Virus record (IMG/VR): IMGVR_UViG_3300035698_018653
Location: 1-64,000 of that record
Origin: a virus
Reading direction: 5' to 3' (one strand)
DNA length: 64,000 nucleotides
A program made the translations under genes and the position numbers. This document shows positions 1-10,240 of this stretch, in pieces (position 1 is the stretch's first letter; each line of letters begins with the position of its first letter). Below the pieces are notes generated by a model. It was not told the origin of the DNA. It saw only the letters and a program-made list of their open reading frames with translations, and searched no databases.

Positions 1-2
1 AC

Positions 3-824
3 TTAATGAATGCACTTAACCGTCCAGGCACCACCAGGAGTGGGTTTGCGGTTAAATTTGTAGATAGAGTAATACACGGAAAGACACCAAAGGTTCACGA
101 GATTTATGACGAAGTTTGTAAAGAAACGCACGGTATAATATTATATCAAGAACAAGTGATGGAGTTATTTCATAAGCTTGGAAAGATGTCTTTATCTGAT
201 GCAGATGATGCAAGGAAAGCGATCAGTAAGAAAAAGAAAAAACTTTTAGATAGTTTTAAGGACGAGTTTATAAATGGTTGTATCAACAATAAGTTAAATA
301 AAAAGGTCGCTAACGACATATGGAAAAATATGGAAAAGTTTAGCAGCTATGCCTTTAATAAAGCCCACGCTGTTGGATATGCATATATAGCGTATATAGG
401 AATGTATTTGAGGAATTATTATCCCGAGTATTTTATGTGCTCACTTCTTTATCATGAAGACAAGGAAGAGAAAATAATTTCCTTTGTTCGAAAATGTAAA
501 AGCATGAATATAAAAGTATTGAAAGCGGAAATTAATTTATCAGAAGTTAATTTTAGTTTAAAGAATAGAAAGATAGTTGTGGGGCTGTCAAATATAAAGG
601 GAATAGGTGTCAAGGCAGCACCAGAGATAACGAAGGGTAAACCCTATAGTAACTTCAAAGACTTTCTCTCAAGGGTTAATAGGCGCATTGTGAATAAGAG
701 AGTCATTAACGTTCTGGTTGACGCTAGAGTATTTAGAAATTTTGATAAAATTGATAGATCGCTTTATGATTATGATTATAGAAAGAAAAAAAGTAAAGAA
801 AAACAACGCAAACTAAATTTTTAA
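3..824 (+). CDS. dnaE: DNA polymerase III alpha subunit, C-terminal part (gene begins upstream of the window)
   Basis: Motifs ALNRPG, ETHGIILYQEQVM, YAFNKAHAVGY, YPEYFMCSLL and the HhH GLSNIKGIG. The frame is open to the window edge. Confidence 0.95.
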   Translation, partial: LMNALNRPGTTRSGFAVKFVDRVIHGKTPKVHEIYDEVCKETHGIILYQEQVMELFHKLGKMSLSDADDARKAISKKKKKLLDSFKDEFINGCINNKLNKKVANDIWKNMEKFSSYAFNKAHAVGYAYIAYIGMYLRNYYPEYFMCSLLYHEDKEEKIISFVRKCKSMNIKVLKAEINLSEVNFSLKNRKIVVGLSNIKGIGVKAAPEITKGKPYSNFKDFLSRVNRRIVNKRVINVLVDARVFRNFDKIDRSLYDYDYRKKKSKEKQRKLNF

Positions 825-825
825 T

Positions 826-835
826 CGTATATTAT
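826..835 (+). promoter_or_regulatory. Putative promoter -10 element (CGTATATTAT)
   Basis: The same motif recurs in intergenic gaps at 28032, 32353, 48729 and 61817. Confidence 0.5.
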
Positions 836-882
836 ATATAAAGAGAGAGAAAATAAAATATGAATAATCTAAGGGAGAAATA

Positions 883-1476
883 TTGCCAAGAAAGTTGGAT
901 AGTAATGAAGACTATTTGACAAAAAATGACAAAGATAAATTAAACCTGAAAGATTTTAAGATTGATTTAGATGAATTTGAACTAGAGCTCTTCAAGAAGT
1001 TTAAGATAAAAAAAGAAGATGTAAAGCAGACCATACATCTCGACATACCTGATTCACTCCCAGAAATAAATAATATAGTTAAGCAGCACGGAAGCGTACA
1101 GGCTTTTTGGGGTATGATATACAAAAAGTCTGTAAGAGCGGAGAAGCTTGCCGAGGAAAAATTAATGGAGTTTAAGGTGAGGAGGAGAGAGAGGTGTCTA
1201 AAGGAATATAACAAGAGGAGGAAGAATAATAAAGGAATAGTAAAAAAACAAGCAACGAAAGACGATCTTGAACAAATGTTTTATGAGATATACGTGAAAC
1301 CTAGAGATGAAACTTATATGAAATTGAAAAATAGATCGGCTACATGTAAAGTAGTTAGGGATCAGATGGAAGTTGTACACGAAGTTATGAAGCAGAGAAA
1401 AGACATATTAATGATTTTAGCAAATAATGTTAGGTTAGAACAAGACTTAACTTTCAAAAGGAAAAATTATGCCTAA
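883..1476 (+). CDS. Hypothetical coiled-coil protein, possibly a UvsY-like recombination mediator
   Basis: Helical, charged protein located between dnaE and the SSB gene. The function is inferred from context only. Confidence 0.4.
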   Translation: MPRKLDSNEDYLTKNDKDKLNLKDFKIDLDEFELELFKKFKIKKEDVKQTIHLDIPDSLPEINNIVKQHGSVQAFWGMIYKKSVRAEKLAEEKLMEFKVRRRERCLKEYNKRRKNNKGIVKKQATKDDLEQMFYEIYVKPRDETYMKLKNRSATCKVVRDQMEVVHEVMKQRKDILMILANNVRLEQDLTFKRKNYA

Positions 1477-2665
1477 AAACATGAATGATGACCCCGTTGG
1501 TGGGGGCAGTAGTTTTCGGAGGGTAATGTTTCCGGCACCTGCAGAAACCAAAAGTACTATTGTATATATCAAGCTTTTTCAGGATAAAGATTATCAGAGA
1601 GCATATGCTCACTGGTTAAAAGACAGCGAAGGAAACACGAGGCGTGTTGTTTGCCCCGGTGGAGCCGAAGGTAAAGGAAAAGCCCCTGATAAATGTCCGA
1701 TTTGTAAGGCTATTGAAGAAGGGACATTGACAGATGTAAGAACCAATAATACATATTTCTTTAATGTACTTGTTGGTGAGCTTAAGAAAAACGTGACTGT
1801 GAAAACAAAGAAAGGAAAAAAGAAGCTTGATAAGGCTATTGTTTTTGATGACGGACAATCCTATCTCTTAGAGAAGGGATTTTCTATTGCCGGTGGTATC
1901 CAGGATGTTTTGACTGAAGAGGATGATGAATTTGACACCGCTAAACATGCTATCAAAATCAGGCGCAAGGGTTCTGGCCAGTTTGATACGAAGTATACCG
2001 TTGAAAAAGTTCATATTCCCGTTATTACAAAGGTAAAGGGAGACGATATTGAATTAGAAATTGAAGACCTTGACGAACTTGTTAAGCCAACTCCTATGGA
2101 GACTATCAATAATTATCTTGGTATAGGCGCTGACGAGGCTGATGATGAAGATGATTCCCTGGAAGATGATGACGATGACGACAAAGACACTAAGAAAGAG
2201 AAAAAGAAAAGCAAGAAAAAAGATAAGAAGAAAGAGGAAAAAGAGGAAGAAGAAGATGATGACGATGACTTAAATGACGATGATGATTCAGATTCCGATT
2301 CAGATTCTGACGATTCAGATGATGACGATGACGATTTTGGAGATGATGACGACGATGAAGATGAGGAAAAACAAGAGAAGAAAAGCAAGAAAAAAGATAA
2401 GAAGAAAGAAGCCAAGAAGTCAAAGAAGGATAAGAAAAAGAAAGACGAAGAAGAAGATGACGCAGATGATGACGAAGATGATGACTTTGACGCAGATGAT
2501 GATGACGAAGATGAAGATGACAAAGATACCAAGAAAGAGAAGAAAAGCAAGAAAGGGAAAACGGCGAAGAAGGGAAAGAAAAAGAAAGAGGAAGCAGAGG
2601 AAGATGATGATGACGATGATGATGATTTTCCCGACCTTGATGGTGATGACGACGATGACGAATAA
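1469..2665 (+). CDS. Single-stranded DNA-binding protein (gp32-like) with a very long acidic/basic tail
   Basis: HW...C...CPIC zinc motif and IKIRRKGSGQFDTKYTV OB-fold motif, followed by about 175 aa of alternating D/E and K blocks. Confidence 0.75.
   Translation: MPKNMNDDPVGGGSSFRRVMFPAPAETKSTIVYIKLFQDKDYQRAYAHWLKDSEGNTRRVVCPGGAEGKGKAPDKCPICKAIEEGTLTDVRTNNTYFFNVLVGELKKNVTVKTKKGKKKLDKAIVFDDGQSYLLEKGFSIAGGIQDVLTEEDDEFDTAKHAIKIRRKGSGQFDTKYTVEKVHIPVITKVKGDDIELEIEDLDELVKPTPMETINNYLGIGADEADDEDDSLEDDDDDDKDTKKEKKKSKKKDKKKEEKEEEEDDDDDLNDDDDSDSDSDSDDSDDDDDDFGDDDDDEDEEKQEKKSKKKDKKKEAKKSKKDKKKKDEEEDDADDDEDDDFDADDDDEDEDDKDTKKEKKSKKGKTAKKGKKKKEEAEEDDDDDDDDFPDLDGDDDDDE
2131..2662 (+). repeat. Low-complexity GAY/GAR/AAR repeats with internal duplications
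   Basis: AAAAGCAAGAAAAAAGATAAGAAGAAAGA occurs twice (near 2206 and 2381). The protein repeats DDKDTKKEKK and has DSDSDSDS. Confidence 0.85.
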
Positions 2666-3266
2666 GTGCAAGCTTAAAAGTAATAGAAAGTCGAACGCTT
2701 GCAAGCTTGGTCTGTCCTGCACTCAGGTGGTTCTGGGTGCAGGCAGTACTAAGGCTAAGTATATGATACTGGGCGAAGCCCCAGGGCGTGACGAGGACAA
2801 AGCCGGTGAACCGTTTGTGGGTCCAGCCGGAGATTGGCTTAATAGATATTTTAAATTTTTAGGAATTAAAAGAGAAGAAGTATATATAACATATACCATA
2901 AAATGTAGACCCCATAGAATACTTAAGGTAAAATGGCAGGGAAGGAAAACCAGAAATCGTGCACCCAAAAGAGAAGAAACAAAAGCCTGTAGTGCTTGGT
3001 TAGATCACGAGATAAAAAAAGTAAATCCAAAAATTATTATTATTCTTGGTAGTCAGGCGCTGACCAGAATCACGTGTCATGAAGATGAACCTTTAACAAA
3101 GATAACTCATCATAATGGCAGATTAATTAAGACGAAAAAATATGGTTGGATCTTCGGGACAATGCATCCAGCCTGCCTTTTATATAGAAAAACTGAAAGT
3201 TTAACTATAATACAGAAAGATTTGAGAAGGTTGAAGAAAATAATAAAGGAAGGTATTGATGGCTGA
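2655..3266 (+). CDS. Uracil-DNA glycosylase, family 4 (Fe-S) / SPO1 polymerase N-terminal-like
   Basis: [20 protein letters not shown] and HPA motifs. The real start is probably ATG 2655; the upstream part of the listed ORF is an alternative frame of the SSB tail. Confidence 0.9.
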   Translation: MTNKCKLKSNRKSNACKLGLSCTQVVLGAGSTKAKYMILGEAPGRDEDKAGEPFVGPAGDWLNRYFKFLGIKREEVYITYTIKCRPHRILKVKWQGRKTRNRAPKREETKACSAWLDHEIKKVNPKIIIILGSQALTRITCHEDEPLTKITHHNGRLIKTKKYGWIFGTMHPACLLYRKTESLTIIQKDLRRLKKIIKEGIDG

Positions 3267-4308
3267 TAAGAAGAAAAAGAATAAAGAGAAAGTTAAAGAG
3301 AGGTCAAAGGAGAAAGACAGTTCAGTCACCAGTATAGTAAATGGTGTTTTTGGAGATGGAAGTATTTTTAAATTTAGTGACAATCCAATTAATGTAGAAT
3401 TTCTTTCTACAGGAATATATGATTTAGATATTGCTTTGGGTGGTGGAATTCCCAAAGGAAGAATTATAGAAATATATGGCCCAGAAGCAAGTGGTAAAAC
3501 TACATTAGCATTACATTTTATAAGGATGATGCAAGAGGCGGGAGGAGTTGCTGCATTTATTGACGCTGAGCACGCACTAGACCCTACCTGGGCAGCGGAT
3601 ATTATAAAAGTTGATATAGATAATTTATATATTAGTCAACCAGATTGTGGTGAAAACGCATTAGATATCGCAGAGACATTAGTTGGAACAAAAAAAGTTG
3701 ATATAATAGTCATAGATTCTGTCTCTGCATTGGTTCCCAGAAAAGAATTAGAAGGAGATATGGGTGATTCTCATATGGGACTTCATGCAAGATTAATGTC
3801 TCAAGCTTTAAGAAAATTATCTGGTATTACTCACGATAACAATGTAATAGTTATTTTTATAAATCAAATAAGAATGAAAATTGGTGTTATGTTTGGCAAT
3901 CCCGAAACAACTTCTGGTGGAAGAGCATTGGCTTTTTATGCTTCTCAAAGGCTTGATATAAGGAGAAAAAGTACATTAAAGGTTGGAGAGAAAAAGGTTG
4001 CTAATTTAACTGGAGTTAAAGTAGTAAAAAATAAAGTTGCACCGCCATTTAGATATTGTGAATATGAACTTAATTTTACAGAGGGAATAGATATAGATAA
4101 GGGTTTAATTTTAGCTGGATTAAATAAGGGAATAATAAAAATTAGAGATAAAGATAAGAAACATCATATAGTATACAGAAAAAAGAGTTTGGGGTTGTTT
4201 GGTCAAGCAAATATAAAGAAACTAAATAAAGAAAAAATAGCTACCGTAAGAGACGATATAATGAAAGAGCTAAAAGGAGAGAAAGGTGGAGGGAAAGTGG
4301 TGCTATGA
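3256..4308 (+). CDS. recA: Recombinase RecA
   Basis: GPEASGKTT Walker [42 protein letters not shown] and KNKVAPP. Confidence 0.98.
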   Translation: MMADKKKKNKEKVKERSKEKDSSVTSIVNGVFGDGSIFKFSDNPINVEFLSTGIYDLDIALGGGIPKGRIIEIYGPEASGKTTLALHFIRMMQEAGGVAAFIDAEHALDPTWAADIIKVDIDNLYISQPDCGENALDIAETLVGTKKVDIIVIDSVSALVPRKELEGDMGDSHMGLHARLMSQALRKLSGITHDNNVIVIFINQIRMKIGVMFGNPETTSGGRALAFYASQRLDIRRKSTLKVGEKKVANLTGVKVVKNKVAPPFRYCEYELNFTEGIDIDKGLILAGLNKGIIKIRDKDKKHHIVYRKKSLGLFGQANIKKLNKEKIATVRDDIMKELKGEKGGGKVVL

Positions 4309-4529
4309 AGCTAAATGACCGGTTAAAAAGGGTGTATAATGAACACAGTGTTTCCCCAGAGGACAGAAAAGAGATTAACAATATAATGGGTAGTTTTTCT
4401 GTTCTTTGGAATGATCGCGTTGGTGATCCCGGACTGAGGAGAGGAAAAAAATTAGGTTCTTTTCTTGTAGGCACTATGGAAATATTTTTTACTCTTATAA
4501 ATGAGAGAATAGCCGAGAGGAAAAAATAA
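4305..4529 (+). CDS. Hypothetical protein
   Basis: ORF overlaps its neighbours through ATGA/TAATG coupling. Confidence 0.6.
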   Translation: MKLNDRLKRVYNEHSVSPEDRKEINNIMGSFSVLWNDRVGDPGLRRGKKLGSFLVGTMEIFFTLINERIAERKK

Positions 4530-4942
4530 TGTTAAGTCAGGTATTTTTTAGTATAAACTCAAAGAAAGTAAATTATTTTTGTGAGCATTACAAACAAAGC
4601 AGAAAGCGTGGACTCCGTGCTTGTTCGAATCAAGACAAGATAAAGCATATGGAGCTTCTGGATAACGATAAGAAAAGAATACTATTAACATCTTGTAAGG
4701 GCTGCTCACTACACGGTGTTACAATTCCCAAAAAAGATAGTTACAGACCCTTAACTGGCGATGCTTGTTTGAAAATAAGAAATAGAATTAAGCAGGGGTT
4801 ATCTCCCGAAATAACAGAAGAGGAAAAAGAAAATAGATCAAAAGAGTTTGCTAATAAAAGAGAGAAAAAGAAAAGTGATCGAAAGAAATATTTAGATGAG
4901 AATCACGACAGCCCATTGGATTGGCCAGAGGAAGACTTATAA
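4529..4942 (+). CDS. Hypothetical protein (Cys-containing)
   Basis: Coupled ORF in the operon with CEHY and CKGC motifs. Confidence 0.6.
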   Translation: MLSQVFFSINSKKVNYFCEHYKQSRKRGLRACSNQDKIKHMELLDNDKKRILLTSCKGCSLHGVTIPKKDSYRPLTGDACLKIRNRIKQGLSPEITEEEKENRSKEFANKREKKKSDRKKYLDENHDSPLDWPEEDL

Positions 4943-5986
4943 ATGATTAGATTTTTACAAATAGCTGATCTTCACCTTACATTAAGCACTATTTATGGAA
5001 AAATTAGATTTGAATTTGTAAAGCTTGGAATAGAGAAAGTTGCGACGTATGCAAAAAAGAATAAAGTTGATTTTATTGTTCTTTGTGGGGATAATTTTTC
5101 TGTTGTTAACCCTTCGGAGGAAGAGCGTTTATTTTTCTCATCTTTACTTGATATACTTCTTGATTGTGATATTCCCGTTTTTATAATTCCCGGAAATCAC
5201 GATAGTAATGAGGCTCTTTCGTCATATGATTCACTTAATGTAATTATTAAAAGAACAAGTATGAATTTATTTATATTTGATGAGCCAACTTCGCTTGAAA
5301 TTAAAGATAAAAATATATATTTTCTTCCTTTTTCTGATGATATACCAAGTCACATTATTGAAGCTGGTGATAAGGATATTGATATTTTATTTTCTCATTT
5401 TAGTATTATTGGGGGTAAGCTTTCTTCTAGTAATTTTAGAATGAAAAGGTGGATAGATAAGAAATTACTTGCAGGAATACCTTACGTTGGACTTGGTGAC
5501 CTTCATTCTTATCAGAAAGTGGGAAAGAATATTTATTATAGCGGAAGTTTTTGTAGGGTTGGATGGGGCGAGAGAGAGGAGGTTAAGGGATTTCTTGATG
5601 TAAAACTTGATACTTTTCCAGATGTAAAATTTATTCCTATAGACGATATAGATTTTAGGCAGCTAGAAATAACAAAAGGAACAGAGAGAGCAAATTTATC
5701 GGATAAAAAGACAGCTTTAAAGATAAAATATAGAAATAAATTTTATGATTATGCATATAATCTTAAAAGAAAATACTCAAAGAATGAAAATATTATTGAT
5801 ATAAAGATGGAAGGAATAATTGAGGAAGAAAAAGAGAATAAAGACAAGAGAATAGAGTATAGTTTGCCTATAAGTGGAATATCAAAAGAGTTTCTCATTA
5901 AAGATCAAAATTTAAGCAAGAGCGAAAAGAAAGCAAGATATAAATATATAAAAAATGTCCTTGTAAATAGCGGAATAGGAAATTAA
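4943..5986 (+). CDS. sbcD: SbcD/Mre11-like nuclease
   Basis: Metallophosphoesterase motifs ADLH, GD, GNHD, GDLH and YSGS, adjacent to an SMC-like ATPase. Confidence 0.9.
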   Translation: MIRFLQIADLHLTLSTIYGKIRFEFVKLGIEKVATYAKKNKVDFIVLCGDNFSVVNPSEEERLFFSSLLDILLDCDIPVFIIPGNHDSNEALSSYDSLNVIIKRTSMNLFIFDEPTSLEIKDKNIYFLPFSDDIPSHIIEAGDKDIDILFSHFSIIGGKLSSSNFRMKRWIDKKLLAGIPYVGLGDLHSYQKVGKNIYYSGSFCRVGWGEREEVKGFLDVKLDTFPDVKFIPIDDIDFRQLEITKGTERANLSDKKTALKIKYRNKFYDYAYNLKRKYSKNENIIDIKMEGIIEEEKENKDKRIEYSLPISGISKEFLIKDQNLSKSEKKARYKYIKNVLVNSGIGN

Positions 5987-8113
5987 ATGGATTTAATTAA
6001 ATTAGAAGCATATAATTTATTTTCCTATAGAAAGCTTGTTATAAATTTTTTTAAATATACTTTTTGTTTGATAACCGGTGTAAAAAATTCAGAAAGTGGA
6101 ACAAATAATGGAAGCGGAAAGTCAAAAATATTTGAGATTATAACTTGGATTCTTTTTGGAAAAGTTTCTTCGTTAGCGGTTAAGGGAAACGGAACCATAA
6201 AAGATGATGTTATCAGAGAGGGAAAAAATATAGGAAAAGGCAGGTTAATACTTAAAGATAATAAAGATAAATATATTATAACAAGAAAAAGAAAGCGTGG
6301 GAGCGCCGATATAATAAGATTTTATAAAAATGGAGTTAAGCAACACATTAAAGGCGAAACCCAAAAGAAAATAATTGCTATGTTAGGAACAGATTTTAAT
6401 TCGTTTACTTCGTCTGTATATATGCCACAAGAAATGATGTCTGCTTTCTGTTCGGGAACCAATTTAGAGCGTACAAAAATTATTCAGGGCGTTGTTCCTC
6501 AGATAAGCAATATGGATATTTTAAGGTCTGTTATTTCAGATGAGAAAAGCAAGATAGATAAGGAGCTTGAGACATTTGACGTGGAAAGAAGGGTTTATGA
6601 TGAAGCCATGGAAGATATTAATATAAAAGAGCAAAAGAAACAGCTTATGATTTCTTCCGACAAGGTTGAATGTTTTTCCGATAAAATAAAGAAAAATACT
6701 ATTTTGTTAAACTCTATAGAAAGTAAAATAAAGCTCAATAAAGAGCTTTTTGAGACAAAAGAACGCAGGGAAGATCTAAGAATTGAGGCGAAGTCTCGAC
6801 ATAAAAGGTATGCCGATAGTTTAGAAAAGAATAAAGATGAATTAGGCGGTATGAGTGTTGTTAAAAAGAAAGTAAAATTAGAGAGTAAAAGAAACTCTCT
6901 TGATGCTTTATCAAAAAAGGAAGAGAAGCTCAATAAAGAAATAGATACTAATATTGCAGAGACTCAAAGTATAATTGTTAATGATAAGTTTCTTGCTAAG
7001 CAGATATTGAAAAGAAAGAGGCGTTTAGGCATGAAAGATGACGTTAAATTTTCTCCTAGTCAGAAAATGGAAAAAATAAAAGTTCAATGTGATTCTTGTA
7101 TGATGTATCTCAATAAAGATGGCTTCCGCAGACTCATTAAAGACTCGATAGCAAAAGAAACAAAGCAGAGTAATGTTATTTTAGATAAGCAGAAAAAGCT
7201 TGACGAATACTCTAAGTTAATAGATAAAAAAAGAGAATTTGAGTCAAAAAGGTCTGAGTTTTTAGGTGATATATCGTCTTTAGAAATTGATATAAGTAGT
7301 CATAAGAGAATAACCGAAAAGCTCAAGGAGGTAATGTCTGAGATAAGGGAAAATATCAAGGTGTTGAAAAGGGATTTCAATATTGATAAAAAGAAGTATA
7401 AAAGTAAAATAAATAGTTTAGAAAAAACGCTTGAAAGATATAGGGATATAGACGATAGTGATTATGAAAATTTAAATAAAAAAAATAATAGCTATAACGA
7501 AAAGCTTGACAAATATAATACTGAATCTATTGAGATTCGTGCCGTTATAGCTAACTACAAAAGGAACCTGGAAAAGAGCGAGAGAATAAAGAAAAGTATA
7601 TCAAGGCTTTCTTCCGAAGCAGAGAGTTGTAAGTATTGGTTTGATAATATACCAAAGTTAAAAGTATATATGATTGGTAGTCTTTTGCCAGATATCAATA
7701 GGGGGATGAGAGATAGGCTTAAGAGAATGAGATTTAATTTTGACGTAAAGATAAAAATTGGCAAGGAAAGAAAGACGGGTAAAATTTCCGATGAGATAGT
7801 TACTGAAACTAGAAATTTGACAACCGGAAAATTAAGGCGTTGGGAGCTTATATCTGGTGGAGAAAAACAAAGGGTTGCTCTTGCAAATTTCCTATCCCTT
7901 AATGATGTATCTAAGTTTAATTTTATCTTTCTTGACGAAGTATTAAAAAGCCTTGATCCTGTAGGTAGGAAAATAGTATTGGGTTTACTTCATGACGAGT
8001 CGGTTAATAATAAAAAGATTTTCGTAATTGATCACCTTAATGACATAGAGTCTTCATTTAAGGAGAAAATAGTTGTGAGAAATAATGACGAGATAGCAGA
8101 GGTTGCAGCGTGA
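5987..8113 (+). CDS. sbcC: SbcC/Rad50-like ATPase
   Basis: NGSGKS Walker A, long coiled coil with a CDSC hook, ISGGEKQR signature, FLDE Walker B and an H-loop. Confidence 0.92.
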   Translation: MDLIKLEAYNLFSYRKLVINFFKYTFCLITGVKNSESGTNNGSGKSKIFEIITWILFGKVSSLAVKGNGTIKDDVIREGKNIGKGRLILKDNKDKYIITRKRKRGSADIIRFYKNGVKQHIKGETQKKIIAMLGTDFNSFTSSVYMPQEMMSAFCSGTNLERTKIIQGVVPQISNMDILRSVISDEKSKIDKELETFDVERRVYDEAMEDINIKEQKKQLMISSDKVECFSDKIKKNTILLNSIESKIKLNKELFETKERREDLRIEAKSRHKRYADSLEKNKDELGGMSVVKKKVKLESKRNSLDALSKKEEKLNKEIDTNIAETQSIIVNDKFLAKQILKRKRRLGMKDDVKFSPSQKMEKIKVQCDSCMMYLNKDGFRRLIKDSIAKETKQSNVILDKQKKLDEYSKLIDKKREFESKRSEFLGDISSLEIDISSHKRITEKLKEVMSEIRENIKVLKRDFNIDKKKYKSKINSLEKTLERYRDIDDSDYENLNKKNNSYNEKLDKYNTESIEIRAVIANYKRNLEKSERIKKSISRLSSEAESCKYWFDNIPKLKVYMIGSLLPDINRGMRDRLKRMRFNFDVKIKIGKERKTGKISDEIVTETRNLTTGKLRRWELISGGEKQRVALANFLSLNDVSKFNFIFLDEVLKSLDPVGRKIVLGLLHDESVNNKKIFVIDHLNDIESSFKEKIVVRNNDEIAEVAA

Positions 8114-8424
8114 TAAGAGTAAAGAATATCAGTCCAGATATTATAATTGACAAGGATTACTTGAGAGATATGAGGTTGAGTTTTAATTATTACAAGAAAG
8201 GCAAAGGAATAAAGAAAAATACTGTTTCTCACTTTATGTCTCAGCCGAATTTAGCAAGATTATTGAGTAAGCATAAGAAGCAGATTGAGAGATATGAAGA
8301 TAAAGATTGTACGACACTACCACCGCCGGATATTATAAAGAAATTAATTTTGATTTTAAATTTAGATCCATATAAGTTATTTGGATTGTCGAAGTATGAG
8401 ACAGATGAGGATATATTACAATGA
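8110..8424 (+). CDS. Putative HTH DNA-binding protein
   Basis: MSQPNLARLL...QIERYE...LILILNLD resembles an XRE HTH. Confidence 0.5.
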   Translation: MIRVKNISPDIIIDKDYLRDMRLSFNYYKKGKGIKKNTVSHFMSQPNLARLLSKHKKQIERYEDKDCTTLPPPDIIKKLILILNLDPYKLFGLSKYETDEDILQ

Positions 8425-9002
8425 AAATTTTTATGGGTATTGACCCCGGTCAGGATGGAGCCGTTGCCGTTATAAACGAAAAAGGAAAGATACTAAAGAT
8501 TTATTTTCGTTTTTATATAGATATAGGTAAGCGCAAAAGAGTGGCCAAAGGCAAACAAAAGGGGGAAATGAAAACTTACGCAAATAAAATACATAATGAG
8601 CGTAAGATAATGGATTCCGTTAATGCAGTTAGTAATTATTGTAGCGGAAGGAATTATGAGTTGAAAGCTTGTCTTGAGAAACAGCAAGCAATGAAAATAG
8701 CAGGAATATCGCAGGGTATATCTTCCGCTTTTAAAACGGGTTCTGGATATGGTCTATGGAGAATGGCGCTAATGTGTGCGGCGATACCTTACGAGAACCC
8801 AATGCCGAGGTCATGGCAGAAAGATTTTTTTCAGGGGGTGGGCGGATTAGATACGAAGGAAAAATCTGTAATAGTTGCTGAGAGACTATTCCCTAATGAT
8901 TGTAAAAGATTTATTCCTACAAAAAGAAGTAGAAAAGCAAATCATAATATTACAGATGCAGTTTTAATGGCCGAATGGTTAAGGAGAAAAGAAAATGGTT
9001 GA
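8421..9002 (+). CDS. RuvC-like Holliday junction resolvase
   Basis: GIDPGQDGAVAV, a conserved Glu, P..WQK and DAVLMA. Confidence 0.85.
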   Translation: MKIFMGIDPGQDGAVAVINEKGKILKIYFRFYIDIGKRKRVAKGKQKGEMKTYANKIHNERKIMDSVNAVSNYCSGRNYELKACLEKQQAMKIAGISQGISSAFKTGSGYGLWRMALMCAAIPYENPMPRSWQKDFFQGVGGLDTKEKSVIVAERLFPNDCKRFIPTKRSRKANHNITDAVLMAEWLRRKENG

Positions 9003-9360
9003 TATATTAAAAATGTTTGGAAAGAAAGTTAAGCCTGCAATAGAAATTGTTAAAAATGAATTCCCCATTAAGGGTAAGTTTAAAATTCCAAAAAAGAAAA
9101 TAACTTTAGCGGCAAAGTCATCCGAAACTAGTGCGATTATTTGTCCTCATTGTAGTGGTAAGGTTTATATAAAAGAAAGATATTCAACAGTTGTTTGTCC
9201 TGGTTGTAAAAAGAGTATAACGAACGTAAAAGATTTAGTAAAGGAGGTGTATAGGTGTACCACGTTTGAGGTTGATCAGTGTTATGAGTCTAAAGATAAT
9301 ATTGTATTTATTCTTGTAAATGAATCTAAAGTTAAAGCTGTGAGTGCGATAGATGAATAA
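8995..9360 (+). CDS. Zinc-ribbon protein
   Basis: CPHC...CPGC. Confidence 0.6.
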   Translation: MVDILKMFGKKVKPAIEIVKNEFPIKGKFKIPKKKITLAAKSSETSAIICPHCSGKVYIKERYSTVVCPGCKKSITNVKDLVKEVYRCTTFEVDQCYESKDNIVFILVNESKVKAVSAIDE

Positions 9361-9700
9361 ACATGATAATATGTTTGGTGACCACAATCTTACCGAGTCT
9401 GGTAGATTTGATGGATGGAAAAGAGCACCTTTGGATATGGGTCTTGGTTCTAAAAAGATGATATTTTTTAGATGTCCAAAATGTGAAACGGTAAATAGGG
9501 TAAGTAAAAGTACTTTTTCTTTGGAGTGTAGAAATTGTCATAAATATATTCGTGTTTCTGATTGTAAAGAAGTTAAACATAATGAAGAAACTTATGAAGC
9601 AACTAAACACCAAGGAAAAATAGTTACCCCTGAGCATATGGAAATGAGAAGAACGATGGAAAATAAGGCAGAGGCATATAGAAATGGGAAAAGAAAGTGA
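9353..9700 (+). CDS. Zinc-ribbon protein
   Basis: CPKC...CRNC. Confidence 0.6.
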   Translation: MNKHDNMFGDHNLTESGRFDGWKRAPLDMGLGSKKMIFFRCPKCETVNRVSKSTFSLECRNCHKYIRVSDCKEVKHNEETYEATKHQGKIVTPEHMEMRRTMENKAEAYRNGKRK

Positions 9701-9718
9701 AAACTTTTCTAGTCTCTA
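9701..9718 (+). promoter_or_regulatory. Repeated intergenic motif, candidate promoter/operator
   Basis: AAACTTTTCTAGTCTCTA is 16/18 identical to 26979-26996. Confidence 0.4.
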
Positions 9719-9779
9719 CTTATAGTATTATATACTATGTAATAAATATAATATATATATTAAGTAAGGAGAATAAAGA

Positions 9780-10013
9780 ATGGCTAATAAATTATGTGTT
9801 ATTGTAGGTCATCTTGTTGATGACAATTGTGGGTCTACCTGCAAGTTTGGATTTCAAAGAATATCAGATGAAGTTGCTGTGAAGCGTGCAGAGAAAGGAA
9901 AGGAAATTGTTACTCACGGATGCCTTTTTGTCGAGACTATGAAAGGTTTTTATAAAATTATCAAGAAATCAAAGAAAAAGAAAGAGAATGATATTTTTAT
10001 AAAAGAAGATTGA
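9780..10013 (+). CDS. Hypothetical protein
   Basis: Preceded by an AAGGAG RBS. Confidence 0.65.
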   Translation: MANKLCVIVGHLVDDNCGSTCKFGFQRISDEVAVKRAEKGKEIVTHGCLFVETMKGFYKIIKKSKKKKENDIFIKED

Positions 10014-10240
10014 TAATGGGCATTATAATTCTTTCTCCTAAGTCCGGTAGAAAACTTACTGATGGGGAAGTAAAGAGTTTTACTTCAGCGATAAAAATGG
10101 CAGAGAAAGCGAAAGAAAAAAATATGCCGTTTACCATAATGATTGAGGATATGGATGTATTTTGCTCTCCCGGTAGTGTCAATAGGATAGAGCCTAATGA
10201 TTTTGGACAGATACAGATTAATCTCAATGAGGATTTTTAA
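10010..10240 (+). CDS. Hypothetical protein
   Basis: Coupled ORF. Confidence 0.55.
   Translation: MIMGIIILSPKSGRKLTDGEVKSFTSAIKMAEKAKEKNMPFTIMIEDMDVFCSPGSVNRIEPNDFGQIQINLNEDF

Noticed and set aside
2274-2654. Met/Thr-rich N-terminal extension of the UDG ORF and minus-strand Ser/Phe-rich ORFs (2113-2722)
   Set aside because: These are shadow frames of the low-complexity SSB tail; the UDG start fits ATG 2655.
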